Below, piece after piece: positions 31,206 through 42,378 of a stretch of 64,000 bases of DNA. Under the pieces are notes generated by a model. It was not told the DNA's origin and made no database searches. It saw only the letters and a program-made list of their open reading frames with translations. The translations under genes and the position numbers were made by a program. This stretch comes from an uncultured Actinomycetes bacterium (lineage in GTDB: Bacteria; Actinomycetota; Thermoleophilia; RBG-16-64-13). The DNA lies in the NCBI GenBank assembly GCA_903873715.1, contig CAIQPS010000142.1:1693-65692 (forward strand), in the 5' to 3' direction. Each line of letters opens with the position of its first letter. Position 1 is the first letter of the stretch.

Positions 31206-33898
31206 TAGCGCTCCTCTCCAGGAAGGACCAGACGGCCCCCCACCCGTTCCTCGTAGTGGCGACGGACTTCCTCCAGAGCGGCCTCTGCCGCGGCCAGACG
31301 CGCCCGCTCCTCGGCCACCACGGCTTCCGGCGCCTTGGCCACGAAGCCCTGATTGTTCAGCTTGCCCCCGGCCTTCGCAGCCTCGGCCTGAGCCTTCTTG
31401 GCCTTGCTGATGAGCCGTTCGGCCTCGCGCTCCACGTCCACCAAGCCCTCGAGGTCCAGCATGGCTTTGACGCCCGGCCCGGCGATGGAGGCGAAGCGGC
31501 CGGCGGGCTGCTGCCCTTCGGCCAACACCTCGACGATCTCGCAGCCGGCCAGCTGCCGCACCGATCCGGGAAGCCCGACCAGCGCCGCGGCTGCGCCGGG
31601 CGCGGACTCCATGAGCCGCACCGTGCAGGCGACGTCCCGGGCCAGCCCGAGTTCCTCCCGTGCCGACCGCAGACCGGCCACCACGGCGGTGAACGCTTCC
31701 ATGGCCGCTTCGGCGGCGGCGTCGGCCCACTCGGCCGGCGCGTCGGGGTAGGCGGCATCGAAGATGCTGGCCGGGCGCAGCCCGGCCTGGACCTGCGGCA
31801 GGAAGCTGTAGATCTCCTCGGTGATGAACGGCATCACCGGATGCAGCATCACCATGACGGACTCGAGAAGCGCCAGGAGGTTGCCGCTCACCTGGAGGCG
31901 CTCGGCCGGATCCTCGCTGTAGAGGCGAGCCTTGGCGATCTCCAGATACCAGTCGCACACCTCGTTCCACACGAAGCGATAGAGCGCCCGGGCGACGTCG
32001 TCGAACTGGTACGACTCGTAGAGCGAGGCCGATTCGGCGCTCACGGCGGCCAAGCGACTGAAGATCCAGCGGTCCGCCGGGGTGGCGAGCTCGACCTTGG
32101 GCCCGCCCGCGGCCTGCCCGGCCGCCGGATCGGCGCCCTGGAGGATGAGGCGGGAGGCGTTCCAGATCTTGTTGGCGAAGTTACGGCCCATCTCGATGCG
32201 CTCGGAGCTGAAGCGGACGTCCTGCGCCGAGCTCATGTACGCCAGGCCGAAACGGGTGGCGTCGGTGCCGTAGTCGGCGATGAGTTCCAGCGGGTCGACC
32301 CCGGTCCCCAGGCTCTTGCTCATCCGGCGGCCGTCGGCGGCCAGCACGGTCGGGTGGATGATGACGTCCCTGAACGGCACGTCGCCCATGAACTCCAGGC
32401 CCATCATGATCATCCGCGCCACCCACAGGTAGATGATGTCGCGGGCGGTGGAGAGCACCGTCGTCGGATAGAAGGCCTTGAGCCTGTCGGTCTGCTCCGG
32501 CCAGCCCAGCGTGGCGAACGGCCACAACTGTGAGCTGAACCAGGTATCGAGGACGTCTTCCTCGGCGCGCGCGGAGCCGCCGCACTTGTCGCACTTCTCG
32601 GGCGCGGTGGTGGCCACCATGATGTGGTCGCACTGGTCGCAGAAGTAGGCGGGTATGCGATGCCCCCACCACAGCTGCCGGCTGACGCACCACGGCCGGA
32701 TGCCCCGCATCCATTCGAGGTAGACGTCGCCCCAGCGCTCGGGGAAGAACTTGACCCGGCCGTCCTCCACCGCTTTGATGGCGGGCTCGGCCAGGCGCTT
32801 CATGTCCATGAACCACTGCAGCGACAGCAGCGGCTCGATGGTGGTGCCGCAGCGGTAGCAGGTGCCCACCGCGTGCTTGTAGTCCTCAGCCTTGACGAAG
32901 AGGCCGTCTTCTTCCAGCCGTTTGATGACCGCCTCGCGCGCGTCCGCGGCCGTCATGCCCACGAACTCGCCGGCGTCGGTCGTCATGATGCCGTCCAGGC
33001 CTATCACCGAGATGCTCGGCAGTCCGTGCCGGATACCGATCTCGAAGTCGTCGGGGTCGTGCGCCGGGGTGATCTTGAGGGCGCCGGTGCCGAACCCGAT
33101 GTCCACGTGCTCGTCCGCGATGATGGGCACTTCCCGCCCGATCAGCGGCACGACCGCGAACTTGCCGACCAGCTGTCCATAGCGCGGGTCCTTGGGGTTC
33201 ACGGCCACGGCGGTGTCGCCCAGGATGGTCTCCGGGCGGGTGGTGGCCACGGTCAGGAACAGGTCGGAGCCGGCCACCGGGTACTTCACGTGGTACAGGA
33301 ACGAAGCCCGGTCCTCGTGCTCCACCTCCAGGTCGGAGATGGCGGAGCCGCAGCGGGTACACCAGTTGACCAGGTACACGTCGCGGTAGATGTCGCCCTT
33401 CTTGTAGAGATCCACGAAGACCTTGGCCACCGCCTCGCGGTAGCCGTCATCCATCGTGAAGCGCTCGGATTCATAGTCGCAGGCGCAGCCGAGGCGCTTG
33501 AGTTGGTGGATGATGGTCGACCCGTACTGGTCGCGCCACTTCCACACCCGCTTCTCGAACTCCTCGCGCCCCAGGTCCTCCTTGCGCAGGCCCTCGCCCG
33601 CGAGCTGGCCTTCCACTTTGTTCTGGGTGGCGATACCGGCGTGGTCGGTGCCGACCACCCACAGGGTGTTGTAGCCGCGCAGGTGGTGGTAGCGGGTGAG
33701 GATGTCCTGGATGGTGTCGTTGAGGGCATGCCCCATGTGGAGCGACCCCGTGACGTTCGGCGGTGGGATGGAGATGACGTACGACGGCCGGGGGTCGTCG
33801 GAGGAGGCGCGGAACGCATGACGCGCCAGCCACCCCTGCATCAGACGCTCTTCCACCTCGTGGGGTGCGTAGCGCGCCGCCATGTTCACGTCGGTCAT
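31205..33898 (-). CDS. valS: Valine--tRNA ligase
   Basis: PPPNVTGSLHMGH, DHAGIATQ, SRQLWWGH, RMSKS, C-terminal coiled coil. Confidence 0.98.
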   Translation of the reverse strand: MTDVNMAARYAPHEVEERLMQGWLARHAFRASSDDPRPSYVISIPPPNVTGSLHMGHALNDTIQDILTRYHHLRGYNTLWVVGTDHAGIATQNKVEGQLAGEGLRKEDLGREEFEKRVWKWRDQYGSTIIHQLKRLGCACDYESERFTMDDGYREAVAKVFVDLYKKGDIYRDVYLVNWCTRCGSAISDLEVEHEDRASFLYHVKYPVAGSDLFLTVATTRPETILGDTAVAVNPKDPRYGQLVGKFAVVPLIGREVPIIADEHVDIGFGTGALKITPAHDPDDFEIGIRHGLPSISVIGLDGIMTTDAGEFVGMTAADAREAVIKRLEEDGLFVKAEDYKHAVGTCYRCGTTIEPLLSLQWFMDMKRLAEPAIKAVEDGRVKFFPERWGDVYLEWMRGIRPWCVSRQLWWGHRIPAYFCDQCDHIMVATTAPEKCDKCGGSARAEEDVLDTWFSSQLWPFATLGWPEQTDRLKAFYPTTVLSTARDIIYLWVARMIMMGLEFMGDVPFRDVIIHPTVLAADGRRMSKSLGTGVDPLELIADYGTDATRFGLAYMSSAQDVRFSSERIEMGRNFANKIWNASRLILQGADPAAGQAAGGPKVELATPADRWIFSRLAAVSAESASLYESYQFDDVARALYRFVWNEVCDWYLEIAKARLYSEDPAERLQVSGNLLALLESVMVMLHPVMPFITEEIYSFLPQVQAGLRPASIFDAAYPDAPAEWADAAAEAAMEAFTAVVAGLRSAREELGLARDVACTVRLMESAPGAAAALVGLPGSVRQLAGCEIVEVLAEGQQPAGRFASIAGPGVKAMLDLEGLVDVEREAERLISKAKKAQAEAAKAGGKLNNQGFVAKAPEAVVAEERARLAAAEAALEEVRRHYEERVGGRLVLPGEER

Positions 33899-36483
33899 TC
33901 TGCTTTCGTCCCCTCCTCGTCGCCGCCAAGTTCCTCGATGCCCTCGAGCACGTGAGGAAGAACGTCGACGTAACTGTCGACATACACGATCTCCAGGCCT
34001 TTCTTGAGCTCCACCGGCAGTTCGTGGATCTCGGGCGCCACCGTGCGCGGAAGCACCACGCGCTGCACGCCCTCGCGCAGAGCCGCGAGCATCTTCTCTT
34101 TGAGACCGCCCACCGGCAGCACCTGGCCGGTCAGCGTGATCTCGCCCGTGAGCGCCACCAACGGCTTCACCGGGATCTGCAGCAGCGCGGACAGCAGGGC
34201 CGTCGCCACCGCGATACCGGCCGACGGGCCCTCCTTGGGCACCGCGCCCTCGGGGAAGTGCATGCGCACTTCCAGCGCCGACAACAGTTCGTGGTCGGAC
34301 GGGAGCGAAGGTTCGCACTCCGCGCCGGGCTCTTCCGGCTTGAAGCCGGCTTCGTCGGACCGTAGGCCGGGCTCGCCGGATCCGGCGGTCTCGATGATGC
34401 GGCCGCCCGGGCGCCGCAGGTCGTTGCCGGCATGGCTGCGGTCCTCTTCCGGAGGCTCGGGCCGCTCGTAGTTGTCCAGAAGGTAGGCGCGCCCGGGGGA
34501 CTCCGCCCACAACGCGTTCAGATTGGGATCGCGGGCGATGGACGTCTTGAGGTAGCCCCACCCGGCGGTGACGCTCTCCTGCATGATCTCGCCCAGTTGC
34601 CCGGTCAGGTGGAAATCGCCCTTGCCCGGGGTGACCACACATTCGATGCGCAACACGTCTCCCCCGGCCCCCGTGTACGCCAGGCCGAGGCTGACACCCA
34701 CCTGAGCCTCGGTGGCCAGGCGGGCGGACAGGAACGGCGCCGGCCCCACCAGGGCGCCGAGTTGTGCCGGGCCCACCCGCTTGGGAAGGTTCTTGCCCTC
34801 CACCTTCATGCGGGCCAAGCGCCGGTACACCTTGCCGATGAGGCGGGAAACCTCGCGGACCCCGGCCTCCCGGGTGTGTTCGCGGATGAGCGCCCGGATG
34901 GCGGCATTGGTGAGCACGTTGCCCAGGTCCTTGAGGCCGCTCTCCTCGGCGATCTTGGGGATGAGATGCCGCGTGGCTATCTCCAGCTTCTCCCGGTCGG
35001 TGTAACCGGGGAGACGGATGACCTCCATGCGGTCGAAGAGCGTCTCGGGGATGTCCTCCTCGTAGTTCGCCGTGGCGATGAAGAAGACGTGCGACAGGTC
35101 GTACTCGAGCTCCAGGTAGTTGTCCCGGAAGGTGCGGTTCTGCACCGGGTCGAGCACTTCCATGAGGGCCGCCGCCGGGTCGCCCCGCCAGTCGGACTCC
35201 ATCTTGTCTATCTCGTCGAGCACGATCACCGGGTCGTCGACGCCGGCGCGTTTGAGCGAGTCGATGATGCGGCCCGGCATGGCGCCCACGTAGGTCTTGC
35301 GGTGCCCGCGGACCTCGCCCTCATCGCGCACGCCACCCAGGCTGATGCGCTGCAGAGGCCGCTCCAGGCCCTTGGCCGTGGCCATGGCCACGGACGTCTT
35401 GCCCACGCCGGGCGGCCCGACCAGGCACAGGATGGCGTTGGGAGGCGTCCCGCCCCGCAGGTTGGCCACCGCCAGATACTCGATGATGCGGTCTTTGACG
35501 CTCTTCAGACCGTAGTGGGTGTCGTCGAGGACCCGCGCCACAGCGGCCACGTCCGGGATGGACGACGCCGAGCGCGCACCCCAGGGCAACCCCAGCGCGG
35601 TGTCGAGATAGGTCTTGGCCACGGCGACCTCGGCCGACAGCGGCGGCAGGTCTGAGAGGCGCTTGATCTCCTTGACGAGCGCCGCATGCGCCGCCTCTGG
35701 CAGCTTCTTGCCCTCGAGCAGCTTCATGTACATGCCACGGTCGGTGTCGTCCTCGCCCTCTTCGCCCAGCTCGTCCTGCAGCACCTTGAGGCGCTCGTGC
35801 AGGAACACCCGGCGTTGCTGGCGCTCGAAACTGTCGTGCACCCGCTCGGAGATCTCGTTCTCGATCGCGATGAACTCGTTCTCCTGGATGAGGGTCTCGA
35901 GCAGCATGAGAAGGCGGGCTTCGGAATCGTCGCCCTCGAGGAGCTCCTGCTTGCGGTCCGGCCCGATCATGAGGTTGGAGGCGATGACGTCCACCATGCT
36001 CTCCGGGTCCGTGACCGTCTCGAGGGCGGTCTCGGCCTCCTCGGGAAGCTGGGGGGTCTGCCCCACGTAGGCCGCGAACTCCCGACCCACCGAGTCCATC
36101 AGGGCCCGCATGCGCGGCCACTTGAGCGGCACCTTGCTCTCGATGGGCGTGTAGGTGACGGTGAACAACGGGTTGGACGTCTCGTACGAGTCGATGGTCA
36201 CCCGCTCGCGGCCCTCGATGAGCGCCTTGAGAGTGCCGTCCGTCAGGCGCGAGAACTGGACCACCTTGGCCAGGGTCCCGATCGTGTGGATGTCTTCAGG
36301 CTCGGGCTCGTCCGTGGCCGCGGACCGTTGGGCGGCCATGACCAGCATGCCTTCGGTCTGTGCGGTCTGCTCGAGGGCGCGGACGCCCTTGTCCCGCTCG
36401 ACGAATATCGGGGCGAGCATGCCCGGGAATAGCACGAGGTCACGCGTCGCAAGGAGCGGGATCGCCCGCTTCGATTCAGCCAT
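33895..36483 (-). CDS. lon: Lon protease
   Basis: LON N-domain, [33 protein letters not shown] (catalytic Ser), GGLKEK (catalytic Lys). Confidence 0.96.
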   Translation of the reverse strand: MAESKRAIPLLATRDLVLFPGMLAPIFVERDKGVRALEQTAQTEGMLVMAAQRSAATDEPEPEDIHTIGTLAKVVQFSRLTDGTLKALIEGRERVTIDSYETSNPLFTVTYTPIESKVPLKWPRMRALMDSVGREFAAYVGQTPQLPEEAETALETVTDPESMVDVIASNLMIGPDRKQELLEGDDSEARLLMLLETLIQENEFIAIENEISERVHDSFERQQRRVFLHERLKVLQDELGEEGEDDTDRGMYMKLLEGKKLPEAAHAALVKEIKRLSDLPPLSAEVAVAKTYLDTALGLPWGARSASSIPDVAAVARVLDDTHYGLKSVKDRIIEYLAVANLRGGTPPNAILCLVGPPGVGKTSVAMATAKGLERPLQRISLGGVRDEGEVRGHRKTYVGAMPGRIIDSLKRAGVDDPVIVLDEIDKMESDWRGDPAAALMEVLDPVQNRTFRDNYLELEYDLSHVFFIATANYEEDIPETLFDRMEVIRLPGYTDREKLEIATRHLIPKIAEESGLKDLGNVLTNAAIRALIREHTREAGVREVSRLIGKVYRRLARMKVEGKNLPKRVGPAQLGALVGPAPFLSARLATEAQVGVSLGLAYTGAGGDVLRIECVVTPGKGDFHLTGQLGEIMQESVTAGWGYLKTSIARDPNLNALWAESPGRAYLLDNYERPEPPEEDRSHAGNDLRRPGGRIIETAGSGEPGLRSDEAGFKPEEPGAECEPSLPSDHELLSALEVRMHFPEGAVPKEGPSAGIAVATALLSALLQIPVKPLVALTGEITLTGQVLPVGGLKEKMLAALREGVQRVVLPRTVAPEIHELPVELKKGLEIVYVDSYVDVLPHVLEGIEELGGDEEGTKAE

Positions 36484-36535
36484 CTCTTGTCCCGCCCTTA
36501 CCGACTCGGTCCGAGTCCCGCCAGCCGCGCTGGGG

Positions 36536-37807
36536 TCACGCGGACTCTTGTCCCAGTTCCAGGTCCTCGCGCGCGGTGCTCGTCACAAGCGTGGGGTCGA
36601 TCCTCTTCTCGATGACCTCCCGGGTGACGACACACTTGGTGACGTCGCGCCGGCTGGGAAGCTCGAACATCGTGTTGAGAAGCGCCGCCTCGATGATGGA
36701 GCGCAAACCGCGAGCCCCGGTCTCAAGCTTGAGAGCCTGCTCCGCGATGGCGTCGAGCGCTTCCTTCTGGAAGATGAGGTCCACCCCGTCGAAGGCGAAG
36801 AACTTGTGGTACTGCTTGGTGAGCGCGTTCTTCGGCTCGGTGAGGATGGACACGAGGTCCTCCTGGCGGAGCTGGTGCACGTTGCAGATGACGGGCAGGC
36901 GCCCGATGAACTCGGGGATGAGGCCGAATTCGAGAAGATCCTCGGGCAACACCTGGGCGAACAGCTCGCCGATGTCCCGCTGGTTCTTGCTCTCGATCTC
37001 CGCGCCGAAGCCCACGCCCTTCTTGCCGATGCGCCGTTCGATGAGCTTCTCGAGGCCGGCGAAGGCGCCACCACAGATGAACAGGATGTTCGTGGTGTCG
37101 ATGGTGAGGAACTCCTGGTGCGGATGCTTGCGCCCGCCCTGCGGCGGGACGCTGGCCGTGGTGCCTTCCAGGATCTTCAGCAGGGCCTGCTGCACGCCCT
37201 CGCCCGAGACGTCCCGGGTGATGGACGGGTTGTCGGCCTTGCGGGCGATCTTGTCGACCTCGTCGATGTAGATGATGCCGGTCTCGGCCTTCTTGATGTC
37301 GAAGTCCGCGGCCTGGATGAGCTTGAGGAGGATGTTCTCCACGTCCTCGCCCACGTAGCCGGCCTCGGTGAGAGCGGTGGCGTCGGCGATGGCGAACGGC
37401 ACGTTGAGGATGCGGGCCAGCGTCTGCGCAAGCAGGGTCTTGCCGCACCCGGTAGGGCCGAGCAGGAGGATGTTCGACTTCTGCAGCTCCACCCCGTCTT
37501 CCGACTGGGTGCCCATCTGCACGCGCTTGTAGTGGTTGTAGACCGCCACGGACAGCGCGCGCTTGGCCTCTTCCTGGCCGATGACGTAGTCCGACAGGAT
37601 CCCGTAGATCTCTTTCGGCTTCGGCAGGTTGTCGAGGTCAAGGGTCGCCGGAGGCGAGAACTCCTCGTCGATGATCTCGTTGCAGAGGTCGATGCACTCG
37701 TCGCAGATGTAGACGCCCGGCCCCGCGATCAGTTTCTTGACCTGGCGCTGGCTCTTGCCACAGAAGCTGCAGAGGAGCTGTTCGGATCCTCCTGGCGGTT
37801 TCGGCAC
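36536..37807 (-). CDS. clpX: ATP-dependent Clp protease ATP-binding subunit ClpX
   Basis: CSFCGK…CDEC zinc finger, [23 protein letters not shown] loop. Confidence 0.98.
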   Translation of the reverse strand: MPKPPGGSEQLLCSFCGKSQRQVKKLIAGPGVYICDECIDLCNEIIDEEFSPPATLDLDNLPKPKEIYGILSDYVIGQEEAKRALSVAVYNHYKRVQMGTQSEDGVELQKSNILLLGPTGCGKTLLAQTLARILNVPFAIADATALTEAGYVGEDVENILLKLIQAADFDIKKAETGIIYIDEVDKIARKADNPSITRDVSGEGVQQALLKILEGTTASVPPQGGRKHPHQEFLTIDTTNILFICGGAFAGLEKLIERRIGKKGVGFGAEIESKNQRDIGELFAQVLPEDLLEFGLIPEFIGRLPVICNVHQLRQEDLVSILTEPKNALTKQYHKFFAFDGVDLIFQKEALDAIAEQALKLETGARGLRSIIEAALLNTMFELPSRRDVTKCVVTREVIEKRIDPTLVTSTAREDLELGQESA

Positions 37808-37819
37808 GAGTGCGACCCC

Positions 37820-38404
37820 CTACCTGTGCTCGATGATCTTGTCGACGATCCCGTACGCCAGCGACTCTTCGGCCGTCATGAAGTAATCCCGGTCGGTGTC
37901 CTTGCTCACTTTCTCGAACTCCTGACCCGTGTGCTTGGCGAGGATCTCGTCCAGCCGCTTGCGCAGGCTGAGCGCCTCGCGGGCGTGGATCTCGATGTCC
38001 GTCGCCGGACCTTCGAAGCCGCCCGACACCTGGTGGATCAGTATCTTCGAGTTCGGCAGCGCGAACCGTTTACCTTTAGCCCCGCCCGCCAGGAGCAGTG
38101 CGCCCATGGACATGGCGATGCCCACGCAGATCGTCGAGACGTCCGGCTTGATGAACTGCATGGTGTCGTAGATGGCCAGACCGGCGTACACGCTGCCGCC
38201 CGGGCTGTTGATGTACAGCGAGATGTCCTTGTCGGGATCCTCGGACTCGAGGTGCAGCAACTGCGCCACCACCAGGTTGGCCACCTGGTCGTTGACGGCG
38301 CTGCCAAGGAATATGATGCGCTCGCTGAGCAGGCGCGAATAGATATCGAACGCGCGTTCGCCTCGGCTGGTCTGTTCGACCACCATCGGTATGAGTGGGC
38401 TCAC
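37820..38404 (-). CDS. clpP: Clp protease proteolytic subunit
   Basis: [28 protein letters not shown]. Confidence 0.98.
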   Translation of the reverse strand: MSPLIPMVVEQTSRGERAFDIYSRLLSERIIFLGSAVNDQVANLVVAQLLHLESEDPDKDISLYINSPGGSVYAGLAIYDTMQFIKPDVSTICVGIAMSMGALLLAGGAKGKRFALPNSKILIHQVSGGFEGPATDIEIHAREALSLRKRLDEILAKHTGQEFEKVSKDTDRDYFMTAEESLAYGIVDKIIEHR

Positions 38405-38445
38405 GGCAACCGTCCTTTCTGCGTGATGCTGTCGCGCAGCGGGAC

Positions 38446-39930
38446 CTACGCCTCCGGGGCCTCGGTCTCCGCAGCGGCTTCGGGGGCCGCTTCGGCCTCG
38501 GCCGGAGCAGCTTCCGCCTTCGCTTTCGCACGGGTGGTCTTGGGTTTGGCCGGCTTGTCGGCGGCCTTGTCGGCATCCTTGGCCGTCTCGGCTTTCGCGA
38601 GGGCGGCTTTGGCCTCGGCCACCGCGGCAGCGCCCTCGGTCAGGGCGACGGCGTTGGCGGCGATGAAGTCGGCGGCCTTGTCACGGAGGACCTGCCACAC
38701 GACGGTCTGGTAACGGCCCGACTTGCGCAGCCGTTCTTCGAACTGTTTGGGATCCACGCGGCCGGCCATGGCCATCTGCATGACGGCGCCCTTGATGTCC
38801 TCGTCGCTGGCCTCGAGGCCTTCGGCCTGCGCGACCGCGTCGAGGACCAGACCGGTCTTGACGTTGTTGGCGGCGGTCGGCTTCATGTCCTCGAGCATCT
38901 GCTCGGCGGTGGTGCCGGTGGCGGCCATGTAGGCGTTCATGTCGGCGCCCTGGGCCTGGAGAGACCGGGCGAAGTCGTTGAGCATCTCTTCAGCCTGCTC
39001 TTTGACGACGATGTCGGGCATGTCGAGGCTCGCCTTGTCGGCGACGGCCTGCACGGCCTGGGCGCGGAACTTCTGGTCGGCCTGGTAGGTCTTGCCGGCC
39101 TGCATCTTGCCCTGGATCTCAGCACGCAGCTCGTCCATGGTGGCGAACTCGCTGATCTCCGCGGCCCATTCGTCGGTGAGCGCCGGAAGGATCTTCTCTT
39201 TGATCTCCTTCACCGTGATGGTGAAATCGGCGGTCTTGTTGGCGATGTCGTCGGGGAAGCCCTCGGGAAGCGGCACGGCCACCGTCTTGGTGTCGCCCGC
39301 GTTCATCCCGGGAACGGCCTGCTCGACCTCTTCGAAGATGCGGCTCGCGCCGACCTCGAACACGAAGTCGGTGGCCTGCAGCCCGTCGACACCCATGCCT
39401 TCGACCTCAGCGCTGAAGTCGGCGGTCACGAAGTCGCCCTTCTCGGCCGCGCGGCCTTCCACCGGCTTGAGCTCGGCGAACTCGTTGCGGAGGCGATCCA
39501 TCTGGGAGTCGATCTCCTCAGCGGTCACGGCGTCGTTCTCTTTGACGACTTCCACGCCCTTGTACTGCCCCAGCTCCACTTCGGGCATGACGGTAGCGGT
39601 CGCGGAGAAGCTGAAATCCTTGCCCAACTCGGGAAGGTCGTCACCCATGTCGATCTGCGGGGTGTCCACCACGTCGAGGTTGAGTTCGAGGGCGCCCCGG
39701 GTGAACCAGGTGCCAAGGGAGTCGTCGATGGCCTCGAGAAGGATGGCCTGGTCGCCCACGCGCTGCCGCAGCATGGCGAGCGGAGCTTTGCCGGGCCGGA
39801 AGCCGGGAAGCCGGGCTTCCTTCTGCAGCTTCTTCAAACGCGACTCGAAAGCTTCCTGCAGCTCCTCGCTGGAAACCTCGACCGCAAGCTTGACCGTGTT
39901 TCCTTCGCGCTCGCTGAGGGTCGTCTTCAC
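38446..39930 (-). CDS. tig: Trigger factor
   Basis: PGFRPGKAP ribosome-binding motif; upstream of clpP. Confidence 0.95.
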   Translation of the reverse strand: MKTTLSEREGNTVKLAVEVSSEELQEAFESRLKKLQKEARLPGFRPGKAPLAMLRQRVGDQAILLEAIDDSLGTWFTRGALELNLDVVDTPQIDMGDDLPELGKDFSFSATATVMPEVELGQYKGVEVVKENDAVTAEEIDSQMDRLRNEFAELKPVEGRAAEKGDFVTADFSAEVEGMGVDGLQATDFVFEVGASRIFEEVEQAVPGMNAGDTKTVAVPLPEGFPDDIANKTADFTITVKEIKEKILPALTDEWAAEISEFATMDELRAEIQGKMQAGKTYQADQKFRAQAVQAVADKASLDMPDIVVKEQAEEMLNDFARSLQAQGADMNAYMAATGTTAEQMLEDMKPTAANNVKTGLVLDAVAQAEGLEASDEDIKGAVMQMAMAGRVDPKQFEERLRKSGRYQTVVWQVLRDKAADFIAANAVALTEGAAAVAEAKAALAKAETAKDADKAADKPAKPKTTRAKAKAEAAPAEAEAAPEAAAETEAPEA

Positions 39931-39969
39931 GTTCTTCCTTTCGTTCCTTCTAGGAGGGTGTTACCCGGA

Positions 39970-40049
39970 TGCGGGTGAGAGGACTCGAACCTCCACGTCA
40001 AAGACACATGCTCCTAAGGCATGCGCGTCTGCCATTCCGCCACACCCGC
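39970..40049 (-). tRNA. tRNA-Leu (TAG)
   Basis: GCGGGTGTGGCGGAATGGCAGACGCGCATGCC-T-TAG-GAGCATG…GGTTCGAGTCC…ACCCGCA; variable arm present; CCA not encoded. Confidence 0.95.
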
Positions 40050-40108
40050 CTGACGCTTCACAGCTCGAACCAACCCCGCGGGGACCGGCAGCTTACCGGT
40101 TCCTGAGG

Positions 40109-40182
40109 GGTGAACGATGGGACTTGAACCCACGACCGCTGGGGCCACAACCCAGTGCTCTGCCAACTGAGCTACGTTCACC
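40109..40182 (-). tRNA. tRNA-His (GTG)
   Basis: G(-1)GTGAACGTAGCTCAGTTGG…TT-GTG-GC…GGTTCAAGTCC…CGTTCACC. Confidence 0.95.
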
Positions 40183-40278
40183 ACGACTGTCCGCCGCGCG
40201 CCCGAGTGGGCTTGCCGCAGACCGTCTCGTAAGCCCAAGTGCGTGCCGAACCCGACCCCTGTCTCACGAGCGCAGGAC

Positions 40279-40305
40279 AGTATAGCGGATTGGGCTGGGG
40301 TGCAA
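40279..40305 (-). promoter_or_regulatory. Candidate promoter for tRNA-His/tRNA-Leu/tig
   Basis: TTGCAC…TATACT, but the spacer is only 15 nt. Confidence 0.45.
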
Positions 40306-40338
40306 AGGAAAAGGCCCGCCCGATCGACCCGGGTGGGA
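40306..40338 (-). terminator. Possible intrinsic terminator after the orphan ORF
   Basis: CCCACCCG-N7-CGGGCGGG stem (one mismatch) followed by CCTTTTCCTTT. Confidence 0.45.
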
Positions 40339-40393
40339 GCTGTGTCCACGAGACCGGGCGCGGACTCAGGGGGCTACGGGATACTTCGTGATG

Positions 40394-40888
40394 CTATTCG
40401 CGCAAGCGTTTGAGGTCGTGGCCCACACCGGGGCCTCGAGGCCACGGCCTCCAGGACAGAGCGGCGAGCACGGGCCCGAGGTGCTGAGGATCCCGCACCA
40501 GTTCGCGCCCTTGTGGCCAGTGACCGCTTTCCCAGAGAGCCCATCTCCCATCCTCCAGAAGCAGGATGTCGATGGAGTGGCTGAAGTCACGCCGCCCAGT
40601 CAGAGAGAACGAGAACCGGAAAACGCGGACACGCCTGTCTCTCGGCACCGGATACCAGTCACCGACGAGTCGCTCCACTCCGTCAGGCCCGATGCCGGTA
40701 CCGGCCGGTTCCCAGAACTTTCGCGGCACCGACTTCGCTAGATCCTCGAGCATGGCCGCGACGCTTTCGGGCGGATGCTCTATCGGCAGATCATCCGGAC
40801 TGACGCCGGACCGCTTCCAGGCAGCATTGATCCTTTTGTCCCTTGTCCGCGACAAGCACTGGCCAGCCGGCCCTCCACGCCCGCTCAC
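40394..40888 (-). CDS. Orphan hypothetical protein (164 aa, Trp-rich)
   Basis: GTG preceded by AGGAGG; upstream promoter and downstream hairpin; no family recognised. Confidence 0.6.
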   Translation of the reverse strand: MSGRGGPAGQCLSRTRDKRINAAWKRSGVSPDDLPIEHPPESVAAMLEDLAKSVPRKFWEPAGTGIGPDGVERLVGDWYPVPRDRRVRVFRFSFSLTGRRDFSHSIDILLLEDGRWALWESGHWPQGRELVRDPQHLGPVLAALSWRPWPRGPGVGHDLKRLRE

Positions 40889-40907
40889 CGAGGCCTCCTG
40901 TGTAGCT

Positions 40908-40965
40908 TGACCTTACGGTAACTTACCTTCCGGTCACATTAACAACACAGATGCGTCCAGCGCAA
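40908..40965 (-). promoter_or_regulatory. Promoter TTGCGC-N18-TAATGT (extended -10) with a downstream 29-bp dyad operator
   Basis: -35 at 40960-40965, -10 at 40936-40941; TGACC-N4-GGTAA-N-TTACC-N4-GGTCA at 40908-40936. Confidence 0.6.
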
Positions 40966-41047
40966 GTCCAGAGAGTGGTATTTGTCGATCGTGAGAAATC
41001 GAAGATAGTGCCGAACCCGGAAAGTGACGTGGGCCCCGAGCCCGCTA

Positions 41048-41121
<74 letters not shown>

Positions 41122-41159
41122 TCGGCCCACGATGCCGTGGAGGAATGCTCACCGAAAGG

Positions 41160-41232
41160 AGCGGGCGACGGGGTTCGAACCCGCGACATTCAGCTTGGAA
41201 GGCTGACGCTCTACCAACTGAGCTACACCCGC
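41160..41232 (-). tRNA. tRNA-Gly (TCC)
   Basis: GCGGGTGTAGCTCAGTTGGTAGAGC…CT-TCC-AA…GGTTCGAACCC…CCCGCT. Confidence 0.96.
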
Positions 41233-41260
41233 CCGGCGATGAGCCTTGCCGAGACGATAG

Positions 41261-41334
41261 TCGGGACGGGCGGATTCGAACCGCCGGCCCCCTGCTCCCA
41301 AAGCAGGTGCGCTACCAGGCTGCGCCACGTCCCG
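41261..41334 (-). tRNA. tRNA-Pro (TGG)
   Basis: CGGGACGTGGCGCAGCCTGGTAGCGC…TT-TGG-GA…GGTTCGAATCC…GTCCCGA. Confidence 0.96.
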
Positions 41335-41366
41335 TTCGCCCGCATGTCCCTGGCCTCGGCCGCGTG

Positions 41367-41388
41367 AGTATATCGTATCGGCTACACT
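41367..41388. promoter_or_regulatory. Back-to-back -10 elements: TATACT (minus, tRNA operon) and TACACT (plus, epimerase)
   Basis: agtata at 41367-41372; tacact at 41383-41388. Confidence 0.5.
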
Positions 41389-41442
41389 GAGAACCGTGGC
41401 GGATAGCACTGGTTCGATAGTCGGATAGTCGGAGGAGTACAC

Positions 41443-42378
41443 GTGAAGATCCTTGTCACCGGAGGGGCCGGCTTCATCGCTTCGCACGTGAGCGACAGCT
41501 TCCTGGCACTCGGGCATGAGGTGGCCATAGTCGACAACTTCGCGAGTGGCAAGCGCGAGAATCTCCCAGCGGGTGCGACGTTCTATGAGGCGGATATCCG
41601 CGACGAGACCCTCCGCGACGTCTTCCGCACCGAGAAGCCGGAAGTGGTGGTCCACCACGCCGCCCACATCGAGGTGGCCCGGTCGGTGCGCGAGCCCGCC
41701 TACGACGCGAGCATCAACATCCTCGGCTCGCTCAACCTCATGGAATGTTGCCGCGAGTACGGCGTCAGGAAGATCATCTACGCCGGTACCGGCGGGGCGC
41801 TGGTGGGTGAGCCCATCTACATCCCCGTGGACGAGGCCCACCCCATCGACCCCCTAGCGCCGTACGGTGTGAGCAAGCACACCGTCGAGCACTACCTGTT
41901 CACCTATAAGGCCAACCACGGCATCGAGTACACGGTGCTGCGCTACCCCAACGTCTACGGCCCGCGGCAGGACCCGCACGGCGAGGCCGGCGTGGTCGCC
42001 ATCTTCTCGCTGCTCTTGCTGGCAGGCAAGACGCCGACCATTTTCGGCGACGGCAGCAAGACTCGCGACTACTGTTACGTCGGCGACATCGCCGCGGCCA
42101 ACGTCCTCGCCCTTAACAGCCCGGTCAGCGGCGTCTACAATCTGGGGAGAGGCATCGAGGTGAGTGACCTCGAGGTGTTCGAGGCGGTTCGCAAGGCCGT
42201 CGGGTCGGACATCCAGCCGAACTACGCACCGGTCCGCCCGGGAGAGGTCGAGCACATCGCGCTCGACTCGTCCAAAGCTCAGAACGAACTGGGTTGGGCC
42301 TGGAAGGTCGATTTCACCGAAGGCGTGAGCAAGGCCGTGGACTTCTATCGCGAACAGATCAAGAGGGAGAAGCAATGA
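41443..42378 (+). CDS. NAD-dependent epimerase/dehydratase (UDP-glucose 4-epimerase-like)
   Basis: TGGAGFIASH, YGVSK (YxxxK), NVYGPRQ, GEAGVV, TRDY. Confidence 0.92.
   Translation: MKILVTGGAGFIASHVSDSFLALGHEVAIVDNFASGKRENLPAGATFYEADIRDETLRDVFRTEKPEVVVHHAAHIEVARSVREPAYDASINILGSLNLMECCREYGVRKIIYAGTGGALVGEPIYIPVDEAHPIDPLAPYGVSKHTVEHYLFTYKANHGIEYTVLRYPNVYGPRQDPHGEAGVVAIFSLLLLAGKTPTIFGDGSKTRDYCYVGDIAAANVLALNSPVSGVYNLGRGIEVSDLEVFEAVRKAVGSDIQPNYAPVRPGEVEHIALDSSKAQNELGWAWKVDFTEGVSKAVDFYREQIKREKQ

Noticed and set aside
34290..34500. Intein in lon
   Set aside because: Too short, and lacks the Cys/Ser start and His-Asn end
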